Positions 1-8,612 of a stretch of 35,195 nucleotides of DNA are shown one piece after another (position 1 is the first letter of the stretch; every line of letters begins with the position of its first letter). Under the pieces are notes generated by a model. The model ran no database searches, was not told where the DNA came from, and saw only the letters and a list, made by a program, of their open reading frames with translations. This stretch comes from Saprospiraceae bacterium (GTDB taxonomy: Bacteria; Bacteroidota; Bacteroidia; Chitinophagales; Saprospiraceae). The DNA is taken from assembly GCA_032115735.1 (NCBI GenBank), contig JAUMBM010000270.1, positions 1-35,195 on the forward strand, in the 5' to 3' direction. A program made the position numbers and the translations under genes.

Positions 1-213
1 CCTCAGCATGACTACGAAGTTCTCAACTACGACCAATGGGATATTTGTAAGGCGGCCTGCTCATTGGGTAAGCAGGAAAAACTCCCTGTGTATGTATTTC
101 TGAAAGATGCAATCATACGCCGATACGGAACAGATTACTTTAATGAGCTGGATGCCGCCGCTACGACCTTATTGAAAGCAGGAAGTGAGGCGTCAGATTA
201 CACGGAGGATTGA
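1..213 (+). CDS. 3' end of an unidentified protein-coding gene (5'-truncated by window edge)
   Basis: Frame 1 is open from the window edge to TGA at 211-213 (...PQHDYEVLNYDQWDICKAACSLGKQEKLPVYVFLKDAIIRRYGTDYFNELDAAATTLLKAGSEASDYTED*). It is convergent with rnc. I recognise no family by eye. Confidence 0.45.
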   Translation, partial: PQHDYEVLNYDQWDICKAACSLGKQEKLPVYVFLKDAIIRRYGTDYFNELDAAATTLLKAGSEASDYTED

Positions 214-271
214 GCCTGATTCTCAGCAAGAGGTCCGCTAAGGTTGCACAAGCGGCGAAATAGGCGGCCTG

Positions 272-1027
272 TTAGTCTTCCGCCTCCTCAAATATTTCCC
301 CATTGGAGATTCCGAGCGAAGCAATAGCCTTTTCAGAAGCCATCTGCTCTGCACTCTTCTTGTTATAGTCGTCGGCCGTAGCTACTTTTTTGCCATCAAT
401 CATGACGGCAATTTTGAACCGATCTCGGCGATCGTGCTTGTAACGCGAAATCAACTTGTAGGATACCGCATGGCCATTTTTCTGACACCACTCAAGCAGC
501 TGGCTCTTGTAGTTGTCGTCAAAAGTTTCCAGTTCGTGAATATCTACATATCTGCGCAGCATACGCCGCACCACAAATGAGCGGGTTGAGTCGTAGCCTC
601 CATCCAGATAAACCGCTCCGACCAGTGCCTCCACCGCATTGCCCAGCATAGAGCGGCTGAGCCGGGTGTTATTAAATTCATTGAGCAGAGAATCCAGCCC
701 CATACTATCGCCGATGAGGTTCAGCGACTGTCGTTTGACAATTTTTGAGCGCATCTTGGTCAGGAAGCCCTCGTCTGCATTGGGGTATTTTTTGAATAAA
801 TACTCAGCAACAATAGTACCCAGCACCGCATCCCCCAAATACTCGAGGCGCTCATTATTCTGCATGGCATATACCTTATCGGAGGGCGTGGACTTGTGCG
901 CGAAGGCAAGCCTGAAAATACGGAGGTCAGCCGGGACGAAGCCGATGATCTCCCTGATCCTCCTGACCATACCGCGGTCCGGGGAGAGATAAAAATTATA
1001 GCCTTGCCTGATCCAGCGAAATATCAA
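272..1027 (-). CDS. rnc: ribonuclease III
   Basis: 251-aa ORF with the RNase III signature ERLEYLGDAVLG and a C-terminal dsRNA-binding-like region (YKSQLLEWCQK...KKSAEQMASEKAI). The longest ORF starts at TTG 1027; an alternative ATG lies at 970. It is the last gene of the acpP-fabF-rnc string. Confidence 0.92.
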   Translation of the reverse strand: MIFRWIRQGYNFYLSPDRGMVRRIREIIGFVPADLRIFRLAFAHKSTPSDKVYAMQNNERLEYLGDAVLGTIVAEYLFKKYPNADEGFLTKMRSKIVKRQSLNLIGDSMGLDSLLNEFNNTRLSRSMLGNAVEALVGAVYLDGGYDSTRSFVVRRMLRRYVDIHELETFDDNYKSQLLEWCQKNGHAVSYKLISRYKHDRRDRFKIAVMIDGKKVATADDYNKKSAEQMASEKAIASLGISNGEIFEEAED

Positions 1028-1092
1028 CGTCTAAGCAGATTATTAAGACACAAATGTAGTTATTTCATGAACAGGGAGCGAATGCAAGTTGG

Positions 1093-2340
1093 CTAGGATT
1101 CAAATTTTTTGAACACCAGCGAGGCATTATGTCCCCCGAAACCAAAGGTATTGCTCAACGCTACTTTCACAGATCGCTGTTGTACCTCGTTAAACGTCAG
1201 GTTGAGCCGGCTATCGATCTCAGGATCATCGGTAAAATGATTGATAGTTGGCGGAACGAACTGCTCCTGTATAGCCAGTATACAGGCAATAGCCTCAACG
1301 GCACCCGCTGCGCCCAGCAAATGTCCTGTCATCGACTTTGTAGAACTGATGTTCATTCTATAAGCATGCTCACCAAAGACCTTTTGAATGGCTTTGGTCT
1401 CAGCAATATCTCCCAGCGGTGTAGACGTACCATGTACGTTCACATAGTCGAGCTTATCGAGCGAAAGGCCAGCATCGGCCATGGCAAGTTTCATAACACT
1501 GGCGGCACCCAGTCCGTCAGGATGCGGAGCAGTGATGTGATAGGCATCGGCAGTAGCCGCAGCGCCCACCAGCTCAGCGTAGATGGTTGCCCCGCGACGC
1601 TTGGCATGCTCCAGTTCTTCCAGTACGATAGCCCCTCCGCCTTCACCGAGGACGAAACCATCGCGATCTCGATCAAATGGCCTGGAAGCTGTCAGGTAAT
1701 CATCATTGCGGGTGGAGAGCGCCTTCATGGCATTGAAGCCCCCCATGCCCGTCTTTGTCACTGCTGCTTCAGACCCTCCGGTCACGATGACATCATTGCG
1801 CCCCATACGGATGGTATCAAACGCATTAAGGATTGCATGAGAGGCTGATGCGCAAGCGGATACAGTAGCATAGTTGACTCCCCTGAACCCATATTTAATG
1901 GAAATATGCCCCGCCACAATATCCACGATCAGCTTAGGAATCAGGAAAGGATTATAGCGCGGCGTTCCGTTGCCGAGTGTGAATTCCTCCACTTCCTTCT
2001 CCAGAGAGCGCATACCACCTATACCGGAGCCCCAGATAACCCCTACCCTGTCCAGATCCAGCAGCTCAGGCTGCAGGCCTGCGGCAGCGATTGCCTCATC
2101 GGCAGCCACCATAGCATAAATGGCGAAGTTGTCGAGTCGTTTGACCTCTTTAGGCTCAATAAAATCCTCAGCACGAAAATTTTTGATCTCGCAGGCGAAA
2201 TGCGTTTTGAAAAGGGTTGCATCGAAATGCGTGATAGGATTGGCTCCGCTCAGGCCCTTTTGCAGACTTTCGAGGTAGGATGGTATCGTATTGCCGATGG
2301 GTGTTAGGGCTCCTAAGCCCGTGACAACAACTCTCCGCAT
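1093..2340 (-). CDS. fabF: beta-ketoacyl-ACP synthase II
   Basis: 415 aa starting MRRVVVTGLGALTPIGN. Active-site Cys context ATVSACASASHAI, His motifs VNVHGTSTPLGD and KSMTGHLLGAAG, C-terminus FGFGGHNASLVF. Sits immediately downstream of acpP. Confidence 0.95.
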   Translation of the reverse strand: MRRVVVTGLGALTPIGNTIPSYLESLQKGLSGANPITHFDATLFKTHFACEIKNFRAEDFIEPKEVKRLDNFAIYAMVAADEAIAAAGLQPELLDLDRVGVIWGSGIGGMRSLEKEVEEFTLGNGTPRYNPFLIPKLIVDIVAGHISIKYGFRGVNYATVSACASASHAILNAFDTIRMGRNDVIVTGGSEAAVTKTGMGGFNAMKALSTRNDDYLTASRPFDRDRDGFVLGEGGGAIVLEELEHAKRRGATIYAELVGAAATADAYHITAPHPDGLGAASVMKLAMADAGLSLDKLDYVNVHGTSTPLGDIAETKAIQKVFGEHAYRMNISSTKSMTGHLLGAAGAVEAIACILAIQEQFVPPTINHFTDDPEIDSRLNLTFNEVQQRSVKVALSNTFGFGGHNASLVFKKFES

Positions 2341-2646
2341 AGCATTATTTGGTTATTGGAAAAATTAGGATGTCTCCGAAAAGAAAAATTAAGAGCAGGA
2401 ATCTACGATATATGAAAATAACGAAACAGAAGTATACGAAACTTGTATTTCGTACATAAAAGCAGAGTGCATGCGAGAACCACCTTGGATTGACGCATAC
2501 ACCATTTGAACGAGAAATACCGGCGAGCCATACAGGCACTGTTAAAGACGCGCTCTGCTGACGAACTGAAGCATATCTGTTCACCCGAAGAAACAAGCTG
2601 CCATAGGGATGACAGACATGTACTCCGAGTGAACAGTTTGCAGGAA

Positions 2647-2892
2647 TTACTCTTTTACCTCTGATTTCAGATACTCGATAGCATCGCCCACCCGCTGGAT
2701 GTTCTCTGCTTTATCGTCAGGAATAGAGATGTTGAACTCGCGTTCGAATTCCATGATCAGCTCCACTGTATCCAACGAATCTGCACCCAGATCCTTGGTA
2801 AAGCTAGCTTCGTTCGTGATCTCGGATTCATCGACACCGAGGCGCTCCACGATGATTTTTTTTACTCTTTCTTCAATGCTTGACATGTCCAT
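2647..2892 (-). CDS. acpP: acyl carrier protein
   Basis: 81 aa with the phosphopantetheine attachment motif [17 protein letters not shown]. An alternative ATG at 2886 would give a 79-aa product. Confidence 0.95.
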   Translation of the reverse strand: MDMSSIEERVKKIIVERLGVDESEITNEASFTKDLGADSLDTVELIMEFEREFNISIPDDKAENIQRVGDAIEYLKSEVKE

Positions 2893-3059
2893 TCGCTTTT
2901 ATGGTTCACGAATTGTGCCGCAAAGTAACACAGATCAACCCTGATAACCAAAGTTTTTAAAAAAAATTCAGTTAATTTTAGAAAATCGTCCGCTGAATAG
3001 CTAATTATTGTAAAATTTACACTTAGTTTGCAGTTGTAAACAGAAGAAAATGGACGTCT

Positions 3060-4493
3060 ATGAAAATTGTTGATCATCAGCGAACAAAAATAGTAGCCAC
3101 TGTTGGTCCGGCTTGCAGCTCTTACGAAAACTTACTCGAACTCATCCAATCCGGCGTCGACGTATTCAGGCTTAATTTTTCTCATGGCAGCCACGAAGAT
3201 CACCTGGAGGTGATTAACCGGCTCATATATATCAATGAGAAGTATAACCTGCACATCAGCATATTGGCCGATTTGCAAGGTCCTAAGCTACGGGTAGGCA
3301 AGATTGAGAACAACGCGCTCCCCCTGGAAGAAGGCGATGTGGTCACTTTCGTCAATGAGCCCTGCATTGGCAACAAGGATCGCATCTACATGAGTTATCC
3401 CGAATTCCCCACCGATGTTGAAGTTGGGGAGATTGTGCTGGTTGACGATGGTAAGCTGGTATTTGAGGTGATAGAGACCAACAAGCGGGATACTGTCCGG
3501 CTGAAGACTGTCTTTGGCGGCGTACTTTCGTCGAACAAGGGTGTAAACCTGCCCAACACCAATGTCTCTTTGCCTTCGCTGACGGAAAAAGATTTGGCTG
3601 ATCTTGATTTCATTCTTACGCAGCCTGTCAACTGGATTGCACTGAGCTTTGTGCGTAATCCTGATGATATACATGACCTGCGCCAGCGCATTGACCAGAA
3701 GAACCACCCTGCCAAGATCATTGCGAAGATAGAAAAGCCGGAAGCAGTAGAGCGGATTGACGAGATCATCAAAGCCTCCAACGGCATCATGGTTGCCCGT
3801 GGAGATTTGGGTATTGAGATGCCTATTGAGCAGCTTCCGGTAATTCAGAAGGAAATTATCCGCAAATGCATACAGTATGCGCGTCCCGTCATTGTAGCCA
3901 CTCAGATGATGGACAGCATGATCAACAATCCGAGCCCTACGCGGGCGGAGGTATCGGATGTTGCCAACGCTGTTTTGGATGGTGCAGACGCGGTCATGCT
4001 GAGTGCTGAGACATCTGTCGGTCGCCATCCGGCCAAAGTTGTTCAGTATATGAACCGCATCATAGAGAAAGCAGAAGCGCATTATACGCCTTCATCGCTG
4101 CGTCCTTTCCTGACGGACAAAGCGCGTACTTTCCTCAGTGACGCTGTATGTTTCCAGGCTGTCAGTATGGCTGAAGAGGTCCGGGCGAAGGCCATCATCG
4201 GAATGACCAGCTCTGGTTACACGGCCTTCAAGGTATCCAGTTGCCGGCCAAATGCAGAGATTTACATTTTCTCTGACCGTATGCACATGCTCTCTACGCT
4301 TAACCTGTGCTGGGGGGTGCGTTGTTTCTACTACGATCGGTTTACGACTACGGACGAAACCATACAGGACGTTACCGAGATCCTCAAAGCCAATGAATTG
4401 GTTCAACCCGATGATGTGCTCGTCAATACAGGCAGCATGCCGCTGCATCGTCGCCACCGGACTAATATGATGAAGATAACGGTTGTTGAGTAA
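3060..4493 (+). CDS. pyk: pyruvate kinase
   Basis: 477 aa. N-terminus RTKIVATVGPA, active-site region IMVARGDLGIEMP, MLSAETSVGRHP, and a C-terminal regulatory domain. Confidence 0.95.
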   Translation: MKIVDHQRTKIVATVGPACSSYENLLELIQSGVDVFRLNFSHGSHEDHLEVINRLIYINEKYNLHISILADLQGPKLRVGKIENNALPLEEGDVVTFVNEPCIGNKDRIYMSYPEFPTDVEVGEIVLVDDGKLVFEVIETNKRDTVRLKTVFGGVLSSNKGVNLPNTNVSLPSLTEKDLADLDFILTQPVNWIALSFVRNPDDIHDLRQRIDQKNHPAKIIAKIEKPEAVERIDEIIKASNGIMVARGDLGIEMPIEQLPVIQKEIIRKCIQYARPVIVATQMMDSMINNPSPTRAEVSDVANAVLDGADAVMLSAETSVGRHPAKVVQYMNRIIEKAEAHYTPSSLRPFLTDKARTFLSDAVCFQAVSMAEEVRAKAIIGMTSSGYTAFKVSSCRPNAEIYIFSDRMHMLSTLNLCWGVRCFYYDRFTTTDETIQDVTEILKANELVQPDDVLVNTGSMPLHRRHRTNMMKITVVE

Positions 4494-4502
4494 TATCGTT
4501 TC

Positions 4503-4545
4503 AAAACACAAGCCGTGCGGCCGTGGCCGCACGGCTTGTGTTTTT
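4503..4545 (+). terminator. intrinsic terminator after pyk
   Basis: Near-perfect GC-rich stem (AAAACACAAGCCGTGCGGC / GCCGCACGGCTTGTGTTTT) followed by a T-run, starting 10 nt after the pyk stop. Confidence 0.85.
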
Positions 4546-4675
4546 GCATATTCGGCTTCTTTTTTGCCGCCCGGGGCGGTGAAGACCCTGTGCGGTAGCT
4601 TTTTCCCACCCTCACTACTGCCCGCTGCCAGTCAATTAGGCAGAATCAAACACAACTATGATAAGTATTTACCGT

Positions 4676-4683
4676 TATCTTTG
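4676..4683 (+). promoter_or_regulatory. Bacteroidota-type -7 promoter box (TATCTTTG) for the TPR operon
   Basis: Exact TAnnTTTG match, 40 nt upstream of ATG 4723 and 85 nt upstream of ATG 4768. Confidence 0.4.
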
Positions 4684-4767
4684 TAGGCGTTTGCCGCAGC
4701 TCTGGCGAAGCGACGCAAGCGCATGGCATTGTTGTACTATTTCCTATTGTGTGAGCATTGTTCCTGT

Positions 4768-6471
4768 ATGAGCCGAATATTAATTTTTATTATACCGGGG
4801 GTACTTTTACTGATGGCATCGGGTGCTGCGACGGCTCAGCTGTCGGAACAAGAGATTGCCCTTCAGAGCAAGTTTATTGATGCAAGCAAAGCAAAGCTTT
4901 TGGACAGAAACAGTGAGGCGATAGCTCTGCTGGAAGCACTTTTCAAAGAGAACAGCAGCAACGCTGCGGTGGCCTTTGAGTTGGGGCGTCTTTACTTGAC
5001 CGCTAAGGCTACCCAGGAGGCTGTTCGGTTTTTGGAAACTGCCCGTAAGCTTGACCCTTCCAATAGCTGGTATGGCTTGTATCTGGCAGATGTTTATCAG
5101 TCGGATGGCAGGTATAGTGACGCGGCCGCCATCTATGGCCAGCTGGCCAGGCAGCAGCCGTTGCAAGCTTCCTATTATTATCAATGGGCAGAGCAGCTCG
5201 CAAAGGCACAGCAAACTGAGCAGGCACTAAAAGTGTATGCACAGCTGGAAGCGGTTGTGGGTTTCAATGAAGAGATTGCGCGGCGGCGGCACACCCTTCA
5301 TGCCGGTACGGGCAACAAGGTAAAAGCGGCAGCCGAGCTGGAACGGCTGGCAGCTACCTTCCCCACCAACCGAAGCTACCGCTATCTGCTGGCGACCTAC
5401 TACGAATCCAGCAAGGATTGGGAATCTGCCCGTCGCACCTACCAGCAAATTCTGCAGCAGTGGCCGGACGACTCACAGGCCCAGTTGGCGCTCATGCGGC
5501 AGAGCGCCGGCAATGAGGATGAAATTGCTTATCTGCATTCCCTCGAAGCCGTATTTAACAGACCGGATGTGTCTATGGATGAAAAGATTAAAAACCTATT
5601 GCCCTCCATTGAAAAAGTGGCTCAAACGGGTCAACCGGCACTGGCAGATGCTGCCCTGCGGCTTACAGACATTCTCGAAAAGCAATATCCAGGAGCTGCA
5701 AAGCCTTTGGCAGCTTCCGCTGATTTGCTCATGTACAGCCAGCGCAAGTCGGAAGCACTGGTCAAGTATCAGGCAGCCGTTGCGGCTGATAAAAGTGTTT
5801 TTACGGTGTGGGAAAATCTAATGCTCCTATGCTACACAGGCGGGAATATGGTTCAACTCCGCAAGTATTCGGAGATGGCGATGGACTACTTTCCCAATAA
5901 GATACTTGTCTATTACTACGCAGCCCTTGCGCATGAAAATCTTCACGATTATATGCAGGCGCTCGACTACCTGCGGGATGCGATGATGATGCCCGTACCT
6001 GATGAGCAGCTTTGGGCTGAGCTCAAATCGCTGCAGGCTCACCTTCTTATGAAACTGGGCCAGCAGCAGCAAGCCCAGCAGGCTTTTGGCGAAGCGCTCC
6101 GGCTGCGGCCAACTTCGGCCGAAGTTTCCTATCGATATGCACTTTGGCTGCAGACCAACGGGCAGCCCCGCGAGGCGCTCCGGCTTGCGCAGCAAGCTGC
6201 TGATTCCCAGCCTAATAATTTTTTCTATCTCGAAACACTTGCAAGGGTGCAATTTCTGCAACGCGATTTTTCACAGGCAAAAATGACCCTCGATAAGACT
6301 TTGGCGGCGGGTGCCGGGCAGTGGGTCGGTGCGCTTGACCTTTACGGGGACGTGCTGTATCACCTGAATCAGGTCGGTGAAGCTTTGCAGTATTGGGAAA
6401 AAGCGCGGCAGCAGGGTGCTGCGTGGCCGGCTGTCGCCAAAAAAATAGCTCAAAAAAAGTGGTATGAATAA
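4768..6471 (+). CDS. tetratricopeptide-repeat protein (secreted/periplasmic)
   Basis: The long ORF opens at 4723. ATG 4768 gives a clean signal peptide (MSRILIFIIPGVLLLMASGAATAQ). Repeated TPR-like A/L/Y-rich helices run throughout (e.g. ALKVYAQLEAV, ALDYLRDAMMM, ALQYWEKARQQG). The stop overlaps the next gene's start by 8 nt. Confidence 0.8.
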   Translation: MSRILIFIIPGVLLLMASGAATAQLSEQEIALQSKFIDASKAKLLDRNSEAIALLEALFKENSSNAAVAFELGRLYLTAKATQEAVRFLETARKLDPSNSWYGLYLADVYQSDGRYSDAAAIYGQLARQQPLQASYYYQWAEQLAKAQQTEQALKVYAQLEAVVGFNEEIARRRHTLHAGTGNKVKAAAELERLAATFPTNRSYRYLLATYYESSKDWESARRTYQQILQQWPDDSQAQLALMRQSAGNEDEIAYLHSLEAVFNRPDVSMDEKIKNLLPSIEKVAQTGQPALADAALRLTDILEKQYPGAAKPLAASADLLMYSQRKSEALVKYQAAVAADKSVFTVWENLMLLCYTGGNMVQLRKYSEMAMDYFPNKILVYYYAALAHENLHDYMQALDYLRDAMMMPVPDEQLWAELKSLQAHLLMKLGQQQQAQQAFGEALRLRPTSAEVSYRYALWLQTNGQPREALRLAQQAADSQPNNFFYLETLARVQFLQRDFSQAKMTLDKTLAAGAGQWVGALDLYGDVLYHLNQVGEALQYWEKARQQGAAWPAVAKKIAQKKWYE

Positions 6472-7249
6472 ATACCTCCTGCAGCTCTCTGCCCTGTTAT
6501 TCATGGCTTGGCTACTGCTGCTGAGCAGTGGCTGTGGTACAGCGCGCAACCTGAGTACCGGAGCTGATACCAGTGAGAATCGTGCGAGTTATCTGCATGA
6601 ACAGGTCCTGAAAAATCAGCTTGATGTCCGTTGGCTTGACGCCCGGGCAACGATAAGCCTTGAAAATGAAGGAAAAACGATCTCGCTAGCCGCCAGTATC
6701 AAAATGCGTACAGACAGTGTCATCTGGCTCAACGTCAAAAAGATGGGTTTTGAGCTCGCCAGAGCGCTGGTCACACGCGACTCCGTTTACGTGATTGACC
6801 GCATCAACAATACCTACTCTGTGTCACCGCTCAGTATGATCGAAGAGATGCTGCAGCTTCCCGCTGAGTTTGCTATACTGGAAAGTCTGCTGCTGGGCAA
6901 TCCCTTTTTCCTTGTAGCAGACAATCTTCAGCACGCTGCCGACAAGGACAGCTATGCGCTGTATGCTGAGAACGAACAGGTATCCAACCGTTTGTGGTTT
7001 GATCCTCAAAAGCATACTTTACAGCGCATGCTATTGCTGGACAAGACTGCGGGGCGGCAACTGGAGATGAGTCTGCTCAACTACAGCCAGCTCTCCACCC
7101 ATCAGCACTTCTCCCACCAACGTCGTTTTCAGGTCAGCGAACAGCAGCTTGGCAGTGCCAGCATGCTCATAGAATTTACAAAAGTATCTCTTGACGAGCC
7201 TACGTCCATTAATTTTGAGATTCCGGAACGATATGAGCGCAGCAGGTAG
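6464..7249 (+). CDS. DUF4292-family (LolB-like fold) outer-membrane lipoprotein
   Basis: Lipoprotein signal MNKYLLQLSALLFMAWLLLLSSGC. The core (ASIKMRTDSVIWLNVKKMGFELARALVTRDSVYVIDRINNTY...LESLLLGNP) matches my memory of the DUF4292 pattern. The conserved Bacteroidota position between a TPR gene and an M23/EnvC-like gene supports the call. Confidence 0.72.
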   Translation: MNKYLLQLSALLFMAWLLLLSSGCGTARNLSTGADTSENRASYLHEQVLKNQLDVRWLDARATISLENEGKTISLAASIKMRTDSVIWLNVKKMGFELARALVTRDSVYVIDRINNTYSVSPLSMIEEMLQLPAEFAILESLLLGNPFFLVADNLQHAADKDSYALYAENEQVSNRLWFDPQKHTLQRMLLLDKTAGRQLEMSLLNYSQLSTHQHFSHQRRFQVSEQQLGSASMLIEFTKVSLDEPTSINFEIPERYERSR

Positions 7250-8468
7250 ATACAGTTTTTTGTGGCTACTCCTGCTTTTGCTGAGCAACCACTGTCTGCT
7301 GGCACAGCAGAGCAGTACCAGTGATTTGCGTCGTCAGCGACAACAGCTCGAGCGGGATATCCGCCGCAACCAACAGCGTCTTAATGAAACGAGGCGCGAA
7401 AAACAGGCGGCATTGTCGCAGCTTTCTCTGCTGGATCGTCAGATAGGCAAGCGCAGACAGCTCATACGCCTGCTGCGTGAAGAAGTTGAGCAGATTGACG
7501 GCTACGTTGTTGCTGTTGAAGATACCATCCGTACACAACAGGCCTACATCGACCAGCTCAGGCAAGAATATGCCCGCACCCTTCGCACTGCCTACCGCGC
7601 CTACCAGACCCAGAGCTGGCTCAATTTTTTATACACCTCCAACAGCGTCAACGACGCCATCCGCCGCTGGCTGTACTTTCGGCAGTACCAAAGACACCGG
7701 CGCAGACAATCCCGCGACATAGAGATCGCCCAACAGGCGGTACAAAAACGAATGGGCGAGCAGCAGCTCCGGAAGGCAGAAAAGGAGCGCCTCCTCAGCG
7801 ATAATGAGAAACAACGGGCGGCGCTCTCTTCAGAGAGGAGCCGCCACAACGATCTGGTAGGCAAGCTTAATTCGAACGAAAAGGATATTCTTGCCAGCAT
7901 CAGACGACAGCAGCGGGAGACCCGCACACTTAATTCAGCCATCACCAATGCAATCAACCAAGAGCTGGCCATTCAAAACAGGAGTAACACCGGCACAGGC
8001 GGTACGAATCGCAGGGAGGAGCCCGGCCCGGGCACGTCAACCAGCCCGGCTTCAAACCAGCTTACTGTCTCCTTCGCAGCCCAACGGGGCAAACTCCCCT
8101 GGCCGGTGGCGAGTGGACAAATTCTCAGCCGCTACGGGCGGCAGCCGCACCCTAGTGTTCCCAATATCATGATTTCAAACAATGGTATTAAAATTACGGT
8201 AGCTGCTGCAAGTCCTGTTCGTTGCGTTTTCAATGGTGAAATTGTCAATATACAGACGGTACCAGGCTCCAGACAAATGATTTTGGTGAAGCACGGAGAA
8301 TATTTCACGGTTTACTCGAATCTTGAGAATGTGGAGGTTGTCAAACGACAACAGGTGAAATCGGGCGATATACTGGGCGTTGCTGCCGGTGGCGAAAACC
8401 CGCTGCATTTTGAGTTATGGAAGGGAAGCGCCAGTCAGGATCCGGAAAAATGGATTACTCGGCAGTAG
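7233..8468 (+). CDS. EnvC-like murein hydrolase activator (coiled coil + degenerate LytM/M23 domain)
   Basis: ATG 7233 gives the signal peptide MSAAGRYSFLWLLLLLLSNHCLLAQ (the ORF track starts at 7191). A long Q/R/E-rich coiled coil is followed by a C-terminal LytM-like domain ending PLHFELWKG. Expected HxxxD is NNGIKI, YxHL is YSNL, and HxH is PLH. Confidence 0.82.
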   Translation: MSAAGRYSFLWLLLLLLSNHCLLAQQSSTSDLRRQRQQLERDIRRNQQRLNETRREKQAALSQLSLLDRQIGKRRQLIRLLREEVEQIDGYVVAVEDTIRTQQAYIDQLRQEYARTLRTAYRAYQTQSWLNFLYTSNSVNDAIRRWLYFRQYQRHRRRQSRDIEIAQQAVQKRMGEQQLRKAEKERLLSDNEKQRAALSSERSRHNDLVGKLNSNEKDILASIRRQQRETRTLNSAITNAINQELAIQNRSNTGTGGTNRREEPGPGTSTSPASNQLTVSFAAQRGKLPWPVASGQILSRYGRQPHPSVPNIMISNNGIKITVAAASPVRCVFNGEIVNIQTVPGSRQMILVKHGEYFTVYSNLENVEVVKRQQVKSGDILGVAAGGENPLHFELWKGSASQDPEKWITRQ

Positions 8469-8506
8469 ATTGTCAACATTTCGCTTTTTTTGGAAAAAAC
8501 GCCCTT

Positions 8507-8514
8507 TATTTTTG
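8507..8514 (+). promoter_or_regulatory. -7 promoter box (TATTTTTG) upstream of hflX
   Basis: Exact TAnnTTTG match, 99 nt upstream of ATG 8613. Confidence 0.3.
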
Positions 8515-8612
8515 TTTGTAAGAATTATTTGTAGCCAATCTCTGTTACGCTGTTTGTACAAACAACCTTTACCCACGGCTTTCGGGCACTACGTTTATTA
8601 GAATTATCACAC

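Noticed and set aside
2345-2596. 83-aa ORF (-) filling the acpP-fabF spacer.
   Set aside because: It has a TTG start, a strongly biased hydrophobic/low-complexity sequence (FCFVIFIYRRFLLLIFLF...) and no motif. I treat the spacer as non-coding structured RNA instead.
2577-2636. Plus-strand similarity of CCCGAAGAAACAAGCTGCCATAGGGATGAC to the SRP (4.5S) RNA domain IV segment CCGGAAGGAAGCAGCCAAGGCAGAUGAC.
   Set aside because: The GNRA tetraloop closing pairs and the symmetric-loop nucleotides are not reproduced. The inner stem has a C-A mismatch on the plus strand but a G-U pair on the minus strand, so the structure belongs to the acpP-sense transcript.
3288-4082. Long antisense ORFs inside well-supported genes: 3288-4082(-) in pyk, 12440-12967(-) in the peroxidase gene, 13449-13994(-) in ahcY, 15741-16478(+) in the ATPase gene, 29840-30532(+) in the desaturase gene, and 1129-1848(+) in fabF.
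   Set aside because: Each lies opposite a CDS with clear family motifs. Their translations are low-complexity (R/S/P/C-rich), with no recognisable motifs or signals. These are typical shadow ORFs of moderately GC-rich coding sequence.
8552-8563. 12-bp palindrome GTTTGTACAAAC upstream of hflX. Also the 10-bp GAAAGCTTTC at 11134-11143.
   Set aside because: Several 6+6 zero-spacer palindromes are expected by chance in a window this size, and there is no second copy or functional context.
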